Below, one piece after another: positions 1 through 9,129 of a DNA stretch of 32,004 nt. The stretch covers positions 1 through 32,004 of the forward strand of contig JAYKGY010000088.1 of assembly GCA_035285545.1 (NCBI GenBank), in the 5' to 3' direction. Origin of the DNA: Snowella sp. GTDB taxonomy: Bacteria > Cyanobacteriota > Cyanobacteriia > Cyanobacteriales > Microcystaceae. Positions within the stretch are counted from its first letter, which is position 1. The number at the start of each line of letters is the position of its first letter. The position numbers and the translations under genes were made by a program. The notes under the pieces are model-generated. The model was given only the letters and a program-made list of their open reading frames with translations, did no database searches and was not told the DNA's origin.

Positions 1-373
1 AAGTTTGTTAACAACAGGAGAAGAAGGAATACCGCTGTTTATGAAAGTGGGAGATGGAAATCAACTTGACTCCCAAGCTTTTCCAGAGATGATGAGAGAT
101 TTTCAATCTCAATGGCAAGGAGAAAAATCGACTTTGAGAAAACTCTCAATTATCATTCGCTTACTGAACTAAATATTGTTGCCAAGCCTCACTATCAACG
201 TAAAGGACGACCTCGCCCAGAAGATGAAATTAGTCATTATACCTATCCTATTCACGCAAATTTAAGCGAGGATGATGCCATCATCCCAACTCATCGTCAT
301 TTGATTTTGCGATTCCTTGGTTCCTCTTCTCAGCAATATTATTTTTTGTCTTAAATAACCTGCTGAATGTGGG
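1..373 (+). mobile_element. IS1634-family (IS4-like) element remnant: internally deleted transposase fragments plus the right terminal sequence; left part is outside the window
   Basis: The frame from nt 2 reads SLLTTGEEGIPLFMKVGDGNQLDSQAFPEMMRDFQSQW, like the GIPLF..GN.SD...F segment of IS1634 transposases. A different frame then gives KTLNYHSL...KPHYQRKGRP...YTY and the C-terminus ILRFLGSSSQQYYFLS*. ACCTGCTGAATGTGGG (358-373) follows and resembles cyanobacterial IS1634 ends (CTGCGGAATGTGGG, from memory). Confidence 0.75.
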
Positions 374-398
374 ATTAAATCCTCATCATTCCTGAATC

Positions 399-2423
399 CT
401 ATTTCCAATCCGCGATCGCCTGGCGAGCCATAGAAGCAATTCCCTGATCCGTAGCTTTGGGTAATTGGTAATATTTACCCCCTGCTTTTTGAGCTAATTC
501 CTTGCCAAAACCAGTGGAAACAAACTTTTTCTCGGTGTCGATGACCAATAATTGCATTCCCACGCCGCGAATTTTGGAAGCAATATCGAGCAATTCCGTT
601 TTAATATCAGGTTTTTCGCCTTCAGGTGTGGGTTCCCCTAAAGAACGGGCTAAGGGAATATTCCCCCGACCGTCGGTAATGGCAATAATCACCACTTGGC
701 CGATATCCCCCGACATTTTGGCATTCATCCCCACATGAACCGCCTGGGTTAACCCATGAGACAAGGGAGAGCCACCGCCACAGGGTAAGGTTTCTAGGCG
801 TTTTCTGGCTAACGCAATGGAGCGGGTTGGGGGTAAGAGAACATCCGCTTTTTCTCCTCGGAAAGGAATGAGGGCAACTTGATCGCGATTTTCGTAGGCT
901 TCCGTTAATAATTGCATTACGGCTCCTTTAGCGGCCTGCATTCGATTGAGAGCCATTGAGCCGGACGCATCCACGACAAAGACGATTAAGGCTCCTGCTT
1001 TACGGGCTAAGCGTTTAGCGCGAATATCTCCCTGTTCAACAATGACGTTACGGTCAGGATTACGGAGGCGACGGGCTTTTTGGTAAGGGGCAGCAGAACG
1101 TAAGGTGGCATCGATCGCGATTCGTCGGACTTTCCCTTTCGGTAACATAGGTTTGAGGTAACGGCCACGGTCTTCAGAAAAAATAATGGTGCGGCTTCCC
1201 GATTTCCCTTGACGTTGGGCCATTTCGGCAAAATAGAGGACGCTGGGATCGAGACTCACCCCTTCAATGTCAAAAATAAATTCTTCAGGAATGCCAGGCG
1301 GCTCTTGATCCGGTTCTTCAGGATTTTCCTCTTCCTGCTCGTCCTGTTCCTGTTCCGATTCATCTTGGGGTTGTTCGGGCGGCGGTGGCGGCGGCGGTGG
1401 AGCTTGTTGTTGCTCTTGTGGGGGAATATCCATCAAGATACTACGGGGCACAATGGTTAATTCCACTGCTTTTCTGAGATCATCGGCACTAATGGTATTA
1501 CGCCCATCTAAAGCCGCGATCGCTTTGGCAACTCGAATGGCATAGAGTTCACCGCGATGGCCCTGTAATCCGCCCCGAATTGCTTCTTCTACCACGTAGG
1601 CCACTTGGTCATGGGTGATAGTGACTTCCTTGAGCCATTCCCGCGCCAAGATAATATTGGTTCTGAGGTCGTCTAAATCTTCTTCGTATTGACCAATAAA
1701 ACTTTGAGGAGAGTTAGCATAATCAATGACTTGTTCGACAGCTTGTACCCGTTGGTCTAATCCTAAGACTCCATCGGCAGAAAGCGCGATCGCGATACGG
1801 TCTAACAAGTGTTGGCGTAGGGGGCCTTCTTCAGGGTTATAGGTAGCAATTAATAAGGGCTTACAGGGATGCTGAAAACTAATGCCTTCGCGTTCAATTT
1901 GGTTGCGTCCATCGGTGAGCACGGTTAACAGTTGATTGGCAATCTGATCATCCAACAGATTAATTTCATCGACGTATAAAATGCCGCGATGGGCTTGGGC
2001 TAATAAACCAGGTTGAAAGACAGGTTCTCCCCGTTTCACCGATTCTTCCACATCTACCGAACCGAGTAACCGATCTTCGGTAACGCCTAAGGGAATTTGG
2101 ACAAAAGGTGACGGAATAACTTGGGTGGGAATTTCGCTTTCTGAAACGTCTGTGTAATGTTCTAGGGTGTAGTCATCCCATTGATCGGGTTGGGTAGGGT
2201 CACAGTTAAAGGCATTCTCTTTAATGATTTCAATCGGCGGTAACAACGCATGGATGGCCCGCGCTAAGACCGATTTAGCCGTTCCTCTTCTACCCGCGAT
2301 CGCGACTCCCCCTAACCCTGGATCAACAGCCCCCAATAATAGCGCTAACTTGATTGCCTCCTGACCCACGACGGCAGTAAGGGGAAAATTGAGGGGAACG
2401 GTAGAAGAAAGCAGAACTGACAT
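399..2423 (-). CDS. chlD: Magnesium chelatase subunit D
   Basis: N-terminal AAA+ module ([35 protein letters not shown]), a Pro/acidic linker, and a C-terminal vWA domain with DASGSM and ITDGRGN. Confidence 0.98.
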   Translation of the reverse strand: MSVLLSSTVPLNFPLTAVVGQEAIKLALLLGAVDPGLGGVAIAGRRGTAKSVLARAIHALLPPIEIIKENAFNCDPTQPDQWDDYTLEHYTDVSESEIPTQVIPSPFVQIPLGVTEDRLLGSVDVEESVKRGEPVFQPGLLAQAHRGILYVDEINLLDDQIANQLLTVLTDGRNQIEREGISFQHPCKPLLIATYNPEEGPLRQHLLDRIAIALSADGVLGLDQRVQAVEQVIDYANSPQSFIGQYEEDLDDLRTNIILAREWLKEVTITHDQVAYVVEEAIRGGLQGHRGELYAIRVAKAIAALDGRNTISADDLRKAVELTIVPRSILMDIPPQEQQQAPPPPPPPPEQPQDESEQEQDEQEEENPEEPDQEPPGIPEEFIFDIEGVSLDPSVLYFAEMAQRQGKSGSRTIIFSEDRGRYLKPMLPKGKVRRIAIDATLRSAAPYQKARRLRNPDRNVIVEQGDIRAKRLARKAGALIVFVVDASGSMALNRMQAAKGAVMQLLTEAYENRDQVALIPFRGEKADVLLPPTRSIALARKRLETLPCGGGSPLSHGLTQAVHVGMNAKMSGDIGQVVIIAITDGRGNIPLARSLGEPTPEGEKPDIKTELLDIASKIRGVGMQLLVIDTEKKFVSTGFGKELAQKAGGKYYQLPKATDQGIASMARQAIADWK

Positions 2424-2522
2424 TGAGCAATAAAAAATTAATTAAAAAAGGTTATTAAAAAGGACGACGCTACTGGCCATCCTTCATCTTATCATCTCGG
2501 TTCCAAGGGTTTCGGGCACAGC

Positions 2523-2693
2523 TTATTGCAATCCTAACCAAGCCAATACGCCTTTTCCAGTTAAGTATTCAATCACCAAAATCAGAAGAAAACCAATCAT
2601 GGCGGCACGACCATTTAAGCGTTCTGCGTAATTATTGAAGCCAAACTTGGGATCTTCGAGGTTGGGGGTTTGGGTCGGTTGGGGAGCAGTCAT
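2523..2693 (-). CDS. hliD: High-light-inducible protein (CAB/ELIP/HLIP family), HliD/ScpE type, 56 aa
   Basis: Manual translation: MTAPQPTQTPNLEDPKFGFNNYAERLNGRAAMIGFLLILVIEYLTGKGVLAWLGLQ*. It contains the ExxNGRxAMxG chlorophyll-binding motif, and EDPKFGFNNYAE matches HliD. It is below the ORF-track size cut-off. Confidence 0.93.
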   Translation of the reverse strand: MTAPQPTQTPNLEDPKFGFNNYAERLNGRAAMIGFLLILVIEYLTGKGVLAWLGLQ

Positions 2694-2714
2694 CTGAAGT
2701 TAATTCTGAATAAG

Positions 2715-2733
2715 TTTACATTTCTTTACTATA
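2715..2733 (-). promoter_or_regulatory. HLR1-like (RpaB-binding) direct repeat overlapping the putative hliD -10 box
   Basis: The + strand reads TTTACATT-TC-TTTACTAT (2715-2732), close to the (G/T)TTACA(T/A)(T/A)-N2-(G/T)TTACA(T/A)(T/A) consensus. A - strand TATAGT (2733-2728) overlaps it. HLR1 is established in hli promoters. Confidence 0.7.
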
Positions 2734-2858
2734 CCGGGTAAGCACCGTAAGTTAAAGGTTCCAGATTTCAATTCCCATTTCTCATAATTAATTTCCTAAA
2801 AAGCTTGCTTTCTATTTAGCCAGTATGCTAGATTGTATAACTGTTGAGAAAACGACAA

Positions 2859-2932
2859 GGGCTTGTAGCTTAGTGGATTAGAGCGTATGGCTACGGACCA
2901 TAAGGTCGGGGGTTCGAGTCCCTCCAAGCCCG
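2859..2932 (+). tRNA. trnR-ACG: tRNA-Arg (anticodon ACG)
   Basis: Acceptor stem GGGCTTG/CAAGCCC, D arm GCTTAGTGGATTAGAGC, anticodon arm TATGG-CTACGGA-CCATA, T arm GGGGG-TTCGAGT-CCCTC. CCA is not encoded. Confidence 0.97.
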
Positions 2933-2967
2933 TTAAAAAAAAGAAAAAAAGTAGCAAGCAGATGTCT

Positions 2968-4236
2968 TTACGCTAATGAGGATGTCTGCTTTTTTGCATA
3001 GCGGTCTTTTTCTCGACCCGTCGCAAAACCGATAGAGGTTTTTAAACTGGGGTTACATAAAGCCCCAAATAGGAGAAGGGCCAGTAAGGATACCCCACTC
3101 GTAATATTAAATAAATGGCGATAACCGACGCTGGCTCCTAAAATGCCAAAGATTGGCCCCGCGATCGCCATACCAACATCAAAACCACTGACGCAGATTG
3201 CAAACACCCGTCCCCGTTCCGCTGCCGAAGATCGATCAGAAATTAAGGCCACAATCATCGGAATAAGAACACCTGCGCCAATGCCCTCTAGGGATGCTGC
3301 CAGCAAAAAGAGGGGGGGGGTATCGGCCCAGGACAGAATAAACATGGACAAGATATAGCAAATCAAGCTACCACTCACGAAAACCCCACGACCGTAGAAA
3401 TCGGAAGCCTTGCCTGTCCACATGCGAGAAATGAAACTTGTAATGGCAGCCATGCTATAAAAGAGTCCGGCATTGAAATCGACTTTAATTTCCCGCAGGA
3501 AAAGGGGTAAAAAGGTCGCTAGGTTACCAAACACCAACCCAATCAATAACAACACTAATGAAGGGATAAAGAGAGAAGGAGCAGTAAAGATCTGCCAAGA
3601 AGTGCGATTATCCTGCGAATGACTGGCAGAGGAATGGCTCACCATCGGACAAAGGGGATTTTCTTTAACTTGATTGGCGAGTAGAAAAGCTCCAATCCCT
3701 AAGCCTGCGGCAATCAGAAATAAGGGGACGTATCCCCATGATTCAGCGATATGACCCCCTAAAGCAGGGCCCAGGGCCATGCCAATGGGAACAGCCAGAC
3801 TCATGTAACCAATCAGTTCTCCTCGATGTTTTAAAGGAGCTAAATCAACAATTAGGGCACTCGATCCGGTTGTAAAGGCCGCCACACTAATGCCATGAAA
3901 GGCCCGAATCGCCATTAAGGTTGGAATATTATTCGTCAGTAAATACCCCAAAGGCGCGATCGCTCCGACAAAGGTGCCGATCAGGATGACCAATTTACGG
4001 CTTTTTTGATCCGCCAATTGACCCAACCAAACCCTAGAGCCAATTAAACCAATGGCAAAGGATCCCATCACAAAACCAATCTGCTGACGAGTCCCGCCTA
4101 AATCCTCTGCGTAGGTCGGGAGGGTGGGGAGCATGGTGGTTAATCCCATCCAAAAAAACAGAGATGTTGCGAATAAGGCTAAAAAATTCTTTAAGGTCTT
4201 GCGGTCTAATTCTTTTGCAGTTTTAAAGGCATTCAC
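2968..4236 (-). CDS. Major facilitator superfamily transporter
   Basis: About 12 hydrophobic segments, with MFS motif A copies GQLADQKSRK and GKASDFYGR. GTG at 4236 is preferred over the TTG at 4242; the start is uncertain. Confidence 0.92.
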   Translation of the reverse strand: MNAFKTAKELDRKTLKNFLALFATSLFFWMGLTTMLPTLPTYAEDLGGTRQQIGFVMGSFAIGLIGSRVWLGQLADQKSRKLVILIGTFVGAIAPLGYLLTNNIPTLMAIRAFHGISVAAFTTGSSALIVDLAPLKHRGELIGYMSLAVPIGMALGPALGGHIAESWGYVPLFLIAAGLGIGAFLLANQVKENPLCPMVSHSSASHSQDNRTSWQIFTAPSLFIPSLVLLLIGLVFGNLATFLPLFLREIKVDFNAGLFYSMAAITSFISRMWTGKASDFYGRGVFVSGSLICYILSMFILSWADTPPLFLLAASLEGIGAGVLIPMIVALISDRSSAAERGRVFAICVSGFDVGMAIAGPIFGILGASVGYRHLFNITSGVSLLALLLFGALCNPSLKTSIGFATGREKDRYAKKQTSSLA

Positions 4237-4451
4237 AGGCAATGAGCTTTTTGCTTAATTAAGCTTAATCAATCTTCATAATAGTTTATCTAGAGAAGGC
4301 AAGTAACTCCATCCCAATGTTGAAATTCCTTGGGTCAATTAAGGAATTGTCCTTGGGCGATCGCGTGGTGACTTGACGATTCAATACAATCAATTGATAA
4401 TCAATGTGAACAAATGAGACAAAAAATACAAAAAAGTATATCCATGATGCA

Positions 4452-5789
4452 ATGAAGGCCCTATTCAGACTATTTAAGAAATTTCCCGTTCATCTTTTCG
4501 CCGTAGCGTTAATTCTTGTCATTATCGGCAGTAATCTTTCTGGGGTTCAAGCCCAATCTAATTTTCAAAAAATTCGCGGAGTCTGGATTACCAATAACGA
4601 CACCACCCGATTTATGGATCAACGTAAGCTTCAAGAATCCGTTGATTTCCTCGCTCAACTCAATTTCAATACCCTTTATCCCGTTATTTGGAATTCCGGC
4701 TACGTTCTCTACGAAAGCGCGATCGCTCAACGAGAAGGCATTCAACCTTTTAGTCCTAGAGGCTACCAAGGTCAGGACGTTTTAGCTGACTTAATTGAAA
4801 AATCCCATCAAAAAGGAATGCTGGTCGTTCCCTGGTTTGAATTTGGCTTTATGGCCCCGACTACCTCCGAACTCGTCACCCGTCATCCCCAATGGGTCAC
4901 CCAACGAAGAGACGGCAGTAAAACCTGGGTAGGAGGCGTAGGCGAAGTGGTTTGGCTGAATCCTTTCCATCCTCAAGTCCAAAAATTTGTTACCGATCTG
5001 ATCTTGGAAATGGTCAACAAATACGACCTTGATGGGGTTCAATTTGACGATCACATGTGTCTGCCCAATGAGTTTGGGTATGATCCCTACACCATCTCGC
5101 TCTATACCAAAGAAACGAAAAAAGCTCCTCCTGCCAACCCCAGAGATCCGGCCTGGATGCGATGGCGAGCGAATAAAATCACAGCTTTTATGACCGAACT
5201 CCATAAAACGGTGAAAGCGCAAAAGTCCAATATTTTGTTTTCCGTCTCTCCCGCAACCTATAGCTTGGCCTACAATACCTATCTCCAGGATTGGCTAGAT
5301 TGGATACGCAAAGGCATTGTTGATGAAGTCATTGTCCAGGTATATCGCTCGGAATTACCCCATTTTCTCGAACCCTTAAGTCGTCCTGAATTTCAAGAAG
5401 CAAAGACCAAGATCCCCACCGCCGTTGGCATTTTGACGGGATTAAAAACCAAACCCATTCCCATGCCGTTGATTGATGCTAAAGTACGAGCGGCTGATGC
5501 CCAAGGTTTAGGGGTTTCGTTCTTTTATTACAAAACCCTTTGGGATATTGCCCCCGAATCCACTCAGGAAAGACGCTCCTATTTCCTGTCCATGTTTAGC
5601 GGTGCGCCGGCTCCTCGTAGTTTAGCCCAAAGAATTGTTCCGACAGTTCCGGTTGAAACGCCTCAAGGGATGACTGCTCCAAACCCGCCCCCTAACCTAT
5701 CTCCAAGTCAGCCAAGCGGCATTACTGTTCCGGTCAATACGTTTCAAAACGAATTTCAAGATAATTTCCCACCTGAACCAACGCTTTAA
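4452..5789 (+). CDS. Secreted glycoside hydrolase-like GHL10 (DUF187/YddW family) protein
   Basis: Signal peptide ending VQA-Q. Motifs IRGVWIT, LNFNTLYP, VVPWFEFGF, WLNPFHP, YDLDGVQFDDH, QDWLDW, VQVYR. Confidence 0.9.
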   Translation: MKALFRLFKKFPVHLFAVALILVIIGSNLSGVQAQSNFQKIRGVWITNNDTTRFMDQRKLQESVDFLAQLNFNTLYPVIWNSGYVLYESAIAQREGIQPFSPRGYQGQDVLADLIEKSHQKGMLVVPWFEFGFMAPTTSELVTRHPQWVTQRRDGSKTWVGGVGEVVWLNPFHPQVQKFVTDLILEMVNKYDLDGVQFDDHMCLPNEFGYDPYTISLYTKETKKAPPANPRDPAWMRWRANKITAFMTELHKTVKAQKSNILFSVSPATYSLAYNTYLQDWLDWIRKGIVDEVIVQVYRSELPHFLEPLSRPEFQEAKTKIPTAVGILTGLKTKPIPMPLIDAKVRAADAQGLGVSFFYYKTLWDIAPESTQERRSYFLSMFSGAPAPRSLAQRIVPTVPVETPQGMTAPNPPPNLSPSQPSGITVPVNTFQNEFQDNFPPEPTL

Positions 5790-5959
5790 GACTTCTTACA
5801 TGAATTCAGTCACAATATAAGGACAGACTTAAACAAGAAAATGCGATGAAATGAACGACAAAGAATTTTAAAAGCCAAATTCTCCCGCTTTTAATCGCGT
5901 AAAATAATAACAAAATAGCGATCGCTGCTACCCATCCATTGCCAAAGGAGATAACCTGC

Positions 5960-6682
5960 TTGCTGACCCTTGGAGTTAATATTGACCATATTGCAACTAT
6001 CCGCCAAGCCCGCCAAACCGTTGAACCCGATCCCGTTGCCGCCGCCGTTTTAGCCGAATTAGGGGGAGCCGATGGTATAACCGTTCATTTACGGGAAGAT
6101 CGTCGTCATATCCAAGACCGAGATGTGCGAATTTTACGGCAAACCGTGCGGACACATTTAAATCTAGAAATGGCCGCTACTGAAGAAATGGTCGCGATCG
6201 CGCTTGATATTAAACCCGACTATGTAACCCTCGTCCCTGAAAAACGTCAGGAAGTCACTACCGAAGGCGGATTAGATATTGTGGGTAATTTTGACTATCT
6301 CTGTCAGGTGGTTGATAAACTGCAATCTGCTGAGATTCCCGTGAGCCTATTCATTGATGCCGAAAGCTCCCAAATTCAAGCTTCTGCTAACACTAAAGCC
6401 AAATTTATCGAACTCCACACCGGAAAGTATGCGGATGCGCCCAATGCCCAACAACAAGTCGCAGAGTTAGAAGCGTTAAAACAAGGTTGTGAACAGGCGA
6501 TCGCCGCAGGATTACGGGTGAATGCAGGCCATGGATTAACCTATTGGAATGTTTATCCCGTTGCGAATCTGCCAGGCATGGAAGAATTAAACATTGGTCA
6601 TACCATTATTAGTCGTGCTGTTATGGTGGGAATCGAACGTGCAGTGCGTGAAATGAAACTGGCTATGCGGGGGCAACTCTAA
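5960..6682 (+). CDS. pdxJ: Pyridoxine 5'-phosphate synthase
   Basis: Motifs [52 protein letters not shown]. The start is placed at TTG 5960, behind AGGAG (5946-5950). Confidence 0.97.
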   Translation: MLTLGVNIDHIATIRQARQTVEPDPVAAAVLAELGGADGITVHLREDRRHIQDRDVRILRQTVRTHLNLEMAATEEMVAIALDIKPDYVTLVPEKRQEVTTEGGLDIVGNFDYLCQVVDKLQSAEIPVSLFIDAESSQIQASANTKAKFIELHTGKYADAPNAQQQVAELEALKQGCEQAIAAGLRVNAGHGLTYWNVYPVANLPGMEELNIGHTIISRAVMVGIERAVREMKLAMRGQL

Positions 6683-6744
6683 CCCCAATCGTGTTAATTT
6701 AATAACTGGAGAGTTATACATTAAATCAAATTCCAACATTACCA

Positions 6745-7074
6745 ATGACGACCTATTATTATGTTCTAGCCAGTCAAAAATTTTTGCTAGAAGAAGAACC
6801 CTTAGCAGAAGTTCTTAAAGAACGGACAAGAGATTACACCGAAAAAAAGAAAGAGATTGACTTTTGGCTTGTGAAACAGCCTGCTTTTATAGAAGCCCCT
6901 GAATTAAAGACCGTTAAGGAAAAAGCTCCTGCCCGATCCGTTGCGATCATTTCGACGAATAAACAGTTTATTATCTGGTTAAAATTGCGTCTAGAATACG
7001 TTTTAACTGGCGAATTTGAAGCCCCCTCAGATGCTATCTCTGATCCCCTCGCCTCTCTGGAAGCCGTTGCATAA
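6745..7074 (+). CDS. ycf54: Ycf54, Mg-protoporphyrin IX monomethyl ester cyclase accessory protein
   Basis: YYYVLASQKFLLEEEP..EVLKERTR.Y.E..KEIDFWLVKQPAF and WLKLRLEYV are Ycf54 hallmarks. It lies downstream of pdxJ. Confidence 0.95.
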   Translation: MTTYYYVLASQKFLLEEEPLAEVLKERTRDYTEKKKEIDFWLVKQPAFIEAPELKTVKEKAPARSVAIISTNKQFIIWLKLRLEYVLTGEFEAPSDAISDPLASLEAVA

Positions 7075-7079
7075 TTCTG

Positions 7080-7107
7080 GGGGAGAATCGAGTCTCCCCT
7101 GATTTTT
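7080..7107 (+). terminator. Putative intrinsic terminator after ycf54
   Basis: GGGGAGA-ATCGAG-TCTCCCC followed by TGATTTTT. Confidence 0.6.
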
Positions 7108-7249
7108 AAGGGATGCCTACCTTTTCCACTCAGCCATAAGTTAAGAAAGTCTACAAGTATAATCCGAAGCGACGACGACCTATCAGGGAAATGCTACCGT
7201 AAAGATAAAGAGGCTACGCAGGTTAGATAGCCTCAAGGTTGAGAAGTTT

Positions 7250-7552
7250 ATGAGTCATCCACACCGTCCTTTTGACTGTACCAGTGCAGAATTAGAAAAA
7301 GCTGTTCTCAGTCGTTATCGCAGTTTAGTGACCTGGTTACCGTCCGATTGTCGGGTATTTCGAGAGCCTTGGGATTGTTCTACGGTTTTGTGTTTAGATT
7401 TTGCGAAATGTCCCTATTTATTGCCTGTCGTGAAAATGGAATCCCAATCGTTGATTGAAACAGCACAGCTTTTAGGACTAGCGAACGCGATCGTTTTTCG
7501 CATTGGCAATAAGTTTATGGGGTGGCAATCAACAGCCGTCAAACCTTCATAG
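7250..7552 (+). CDS. Hypothetical protein, 100 aa, 5 Cys
   Basis: ATG-initiated ORF that fills the gap between ycf54 and the aminotransferase. It looks like a cyanobacterial conserved hypothetical; no function is recognised. Confidence 0.75.
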   Translation: MSHPHRPFDCTSAELEKAVLSRYRSLVTWLPSDCRVFREPWDCSTVLCLDFAKCPYLLPVVKMESQSLIETAQLLGLANAIVFRIGNKFMGWQSTAVKPS

Positions 7553-7700
7553 TCATACTTTTCGCAATTGCTTTCAGCGCCTATGTTTTAAAAAGCAAGA
7601 TCATTGTGAGCTTTTTCTGTTAATAGCTTGCAATAGCTCGTATAATGTGTAGTTTAGGCTATTTTAATCAGCACTGACAGCTTGTTATTCATTAACAACC

Positions 7701-8879
7701 ATGAATTCCTTTGTTTCTCGGATGGATGGGGTGCAAGCTCCTGTCATTCCTTTAGTGGGTCAGTTAGTGGCGGCGAACCCAGGCACGATTTCGTTAGGAC
7801 AAGGCATCGTTTTTTATTCTCCGCCTCCATCCGCGATCGCGGCACTTTCTGAGGGATTAGCCGATCCGAGCAATCATCAATATAAACCTGTACAGGGAAT
7901 TCAGCCGTTACTTCAGGCGATCGCGACTAAATTACAACAAGATAATGGGATTGGGGTTGAACCGAGTAAAAATGCGGTCTTTGTAACAGCGGGGGCAAAT
8001 ATGGCGTTTATGAATGCGCTTTTAGCCATTACCTCGCCTGGGGATGAGATTATTCTCAATACGCCCTACTATTTCAACCACGAAATGGCCATTCGCATGG
8101 CTGACTGTCAACCTGTTTTAGTTCCGACAGATGGGAATTATCAACTTCAACTAGAGGCGATCGCCGCAGCCATTACCCCTAAAACCCGTGCTATGGTGAC
8201 GATTTCTCCCAATAACCCCACCGGAGCCGTTTACCCCGAATCTGCTTTACGGGAAGTGAATCAACTCTGTCGCGATCGCGGAATTTATCACATTAGCGAT
8301 GAAGCCTATGAATACTTTACCTATGAGGGGGTAAAACACTTCTCTCCCGCAGCGATCCCCGATAGTCAAGCCTATACGATTTCTTTGTTCAGTCTTTCTA
8401 AAGCCTACGGTTTTGCGGGTTGGCGTATTGGTTATATGGTGGTTCCTGCCCATTTATTTTTAGCGATCCAAAAAATTCAAGATACCATTCTCATTTGTCC
8501 TCCTGTCATGTCCCAATATGCGGCCTACGGAGCCTTAAAAACAGGATCAAGTTATTGCCAGCCCTATTTAGAAGAAATTTATCAAAATCGTCGATTTTTT
8601 TTGAAATCTCTAACACAAATTAGGGATTTATGTACAGTAATTCCAACGCAAGGGGCTTTTTATTTTTTTCTGAAAATTAATACAACCCTAAGCGATTTTG
8701 AGTTAGTTAAACGATTAATTGAAAAGTATGGGGTTGCAACCTTACCAGGTTCGACCTTTGGCATGACTGATGGCTGTTATTTACGAGTTGCCTATGGTGC
8801 TTTACGTCAAGAAACGGCTTATCAAGGAATTGAACGCTTAGTTACTGGTTTACGGGAGTTACAATCATTTTCCGCTTAA
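7701..8879 (+). CDS. PLP-dependent aminotransferase class I/II (aspartate aminotransferase family)
   Basis: Motifs ISLGQG, VTAGAN, ISPNNPTG, ISDEAY, SLSKAYGFAGWRIGY (PLP lysine), PGSTFG...YLRVAY. Confidence 0.95.
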   Translation: MNSFVSRMDGVQAPVIPLVGQLVAANPGTISLGQGIVFYSPPPSAIAALSEGLADPSNHQYKPVQGIQPLLQAIATKLQQDNGIGVEPSKNAVFVTAGANMAFMNALLAITSPGDEIILNTPYYFNHEMAIRMADCQPVLVPTDGNYQLQLEAIAAAITPKTRAMVTISPNNPTGAVYPESALREVNQLCRDRGIYHISDEAYEYFTYEGVKHFSPAAIPDSQAYTISLFSLSKAYGFAGWRIGYMVVPAHLFLAIQKIQDTILICPPVMSQYAAYGALKTGSSYCQPYLEEIYQNRRFFLKSLTQIRDLCTVIPTQGAFYFFLKINTTLSDFELVKRLIEKYGVATLPGSTFGMTDGCYLRVAYGALRQETAYQGIERLVTGLRELQSFSA

Positions 8880-9129
8880 AGCTAAATTACCTGACTGAGC
8901 CGATCTCTTAACGAAATTCGATAGCGATCGCGTAAATTCATTAAAAATTCAATGCAACCCAAATCTAGCAAGGGAAGTGTACCAAAATTTACCGTTACTT
9001 TCTCTTTTGCAACCTGATCCCAAACAAAAGTTAAAATTCTCTAAAGATTAGGGTCTTAACTACTACTGTAATTGGGAATTTGCTTTACCCTGTTATAAAG
9101 AAAGGCAATTATTATCCCATCAAACCGCC

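Noticed and set aside
112..354. 80-aa ORF as a functional gene
   Set aside because: It appears to be a chimera of non-adjacent transposase fragments, starting at an out-of-frame ATG, and is treated as part of the IS remnant.
1300..1425. Poly-Pro/acidic low-complexity repeat in chlD
   Set aside because: This is the normal ChlD/BchD linker between the AAA+ and vWA domains.
2859..2960. tRNA-Arg as an integration site for a genomic island
   Set aside because: No integrase is nearby, I saw no duplicated tRNA 3' end in the window, and the flanking genes are core-like.
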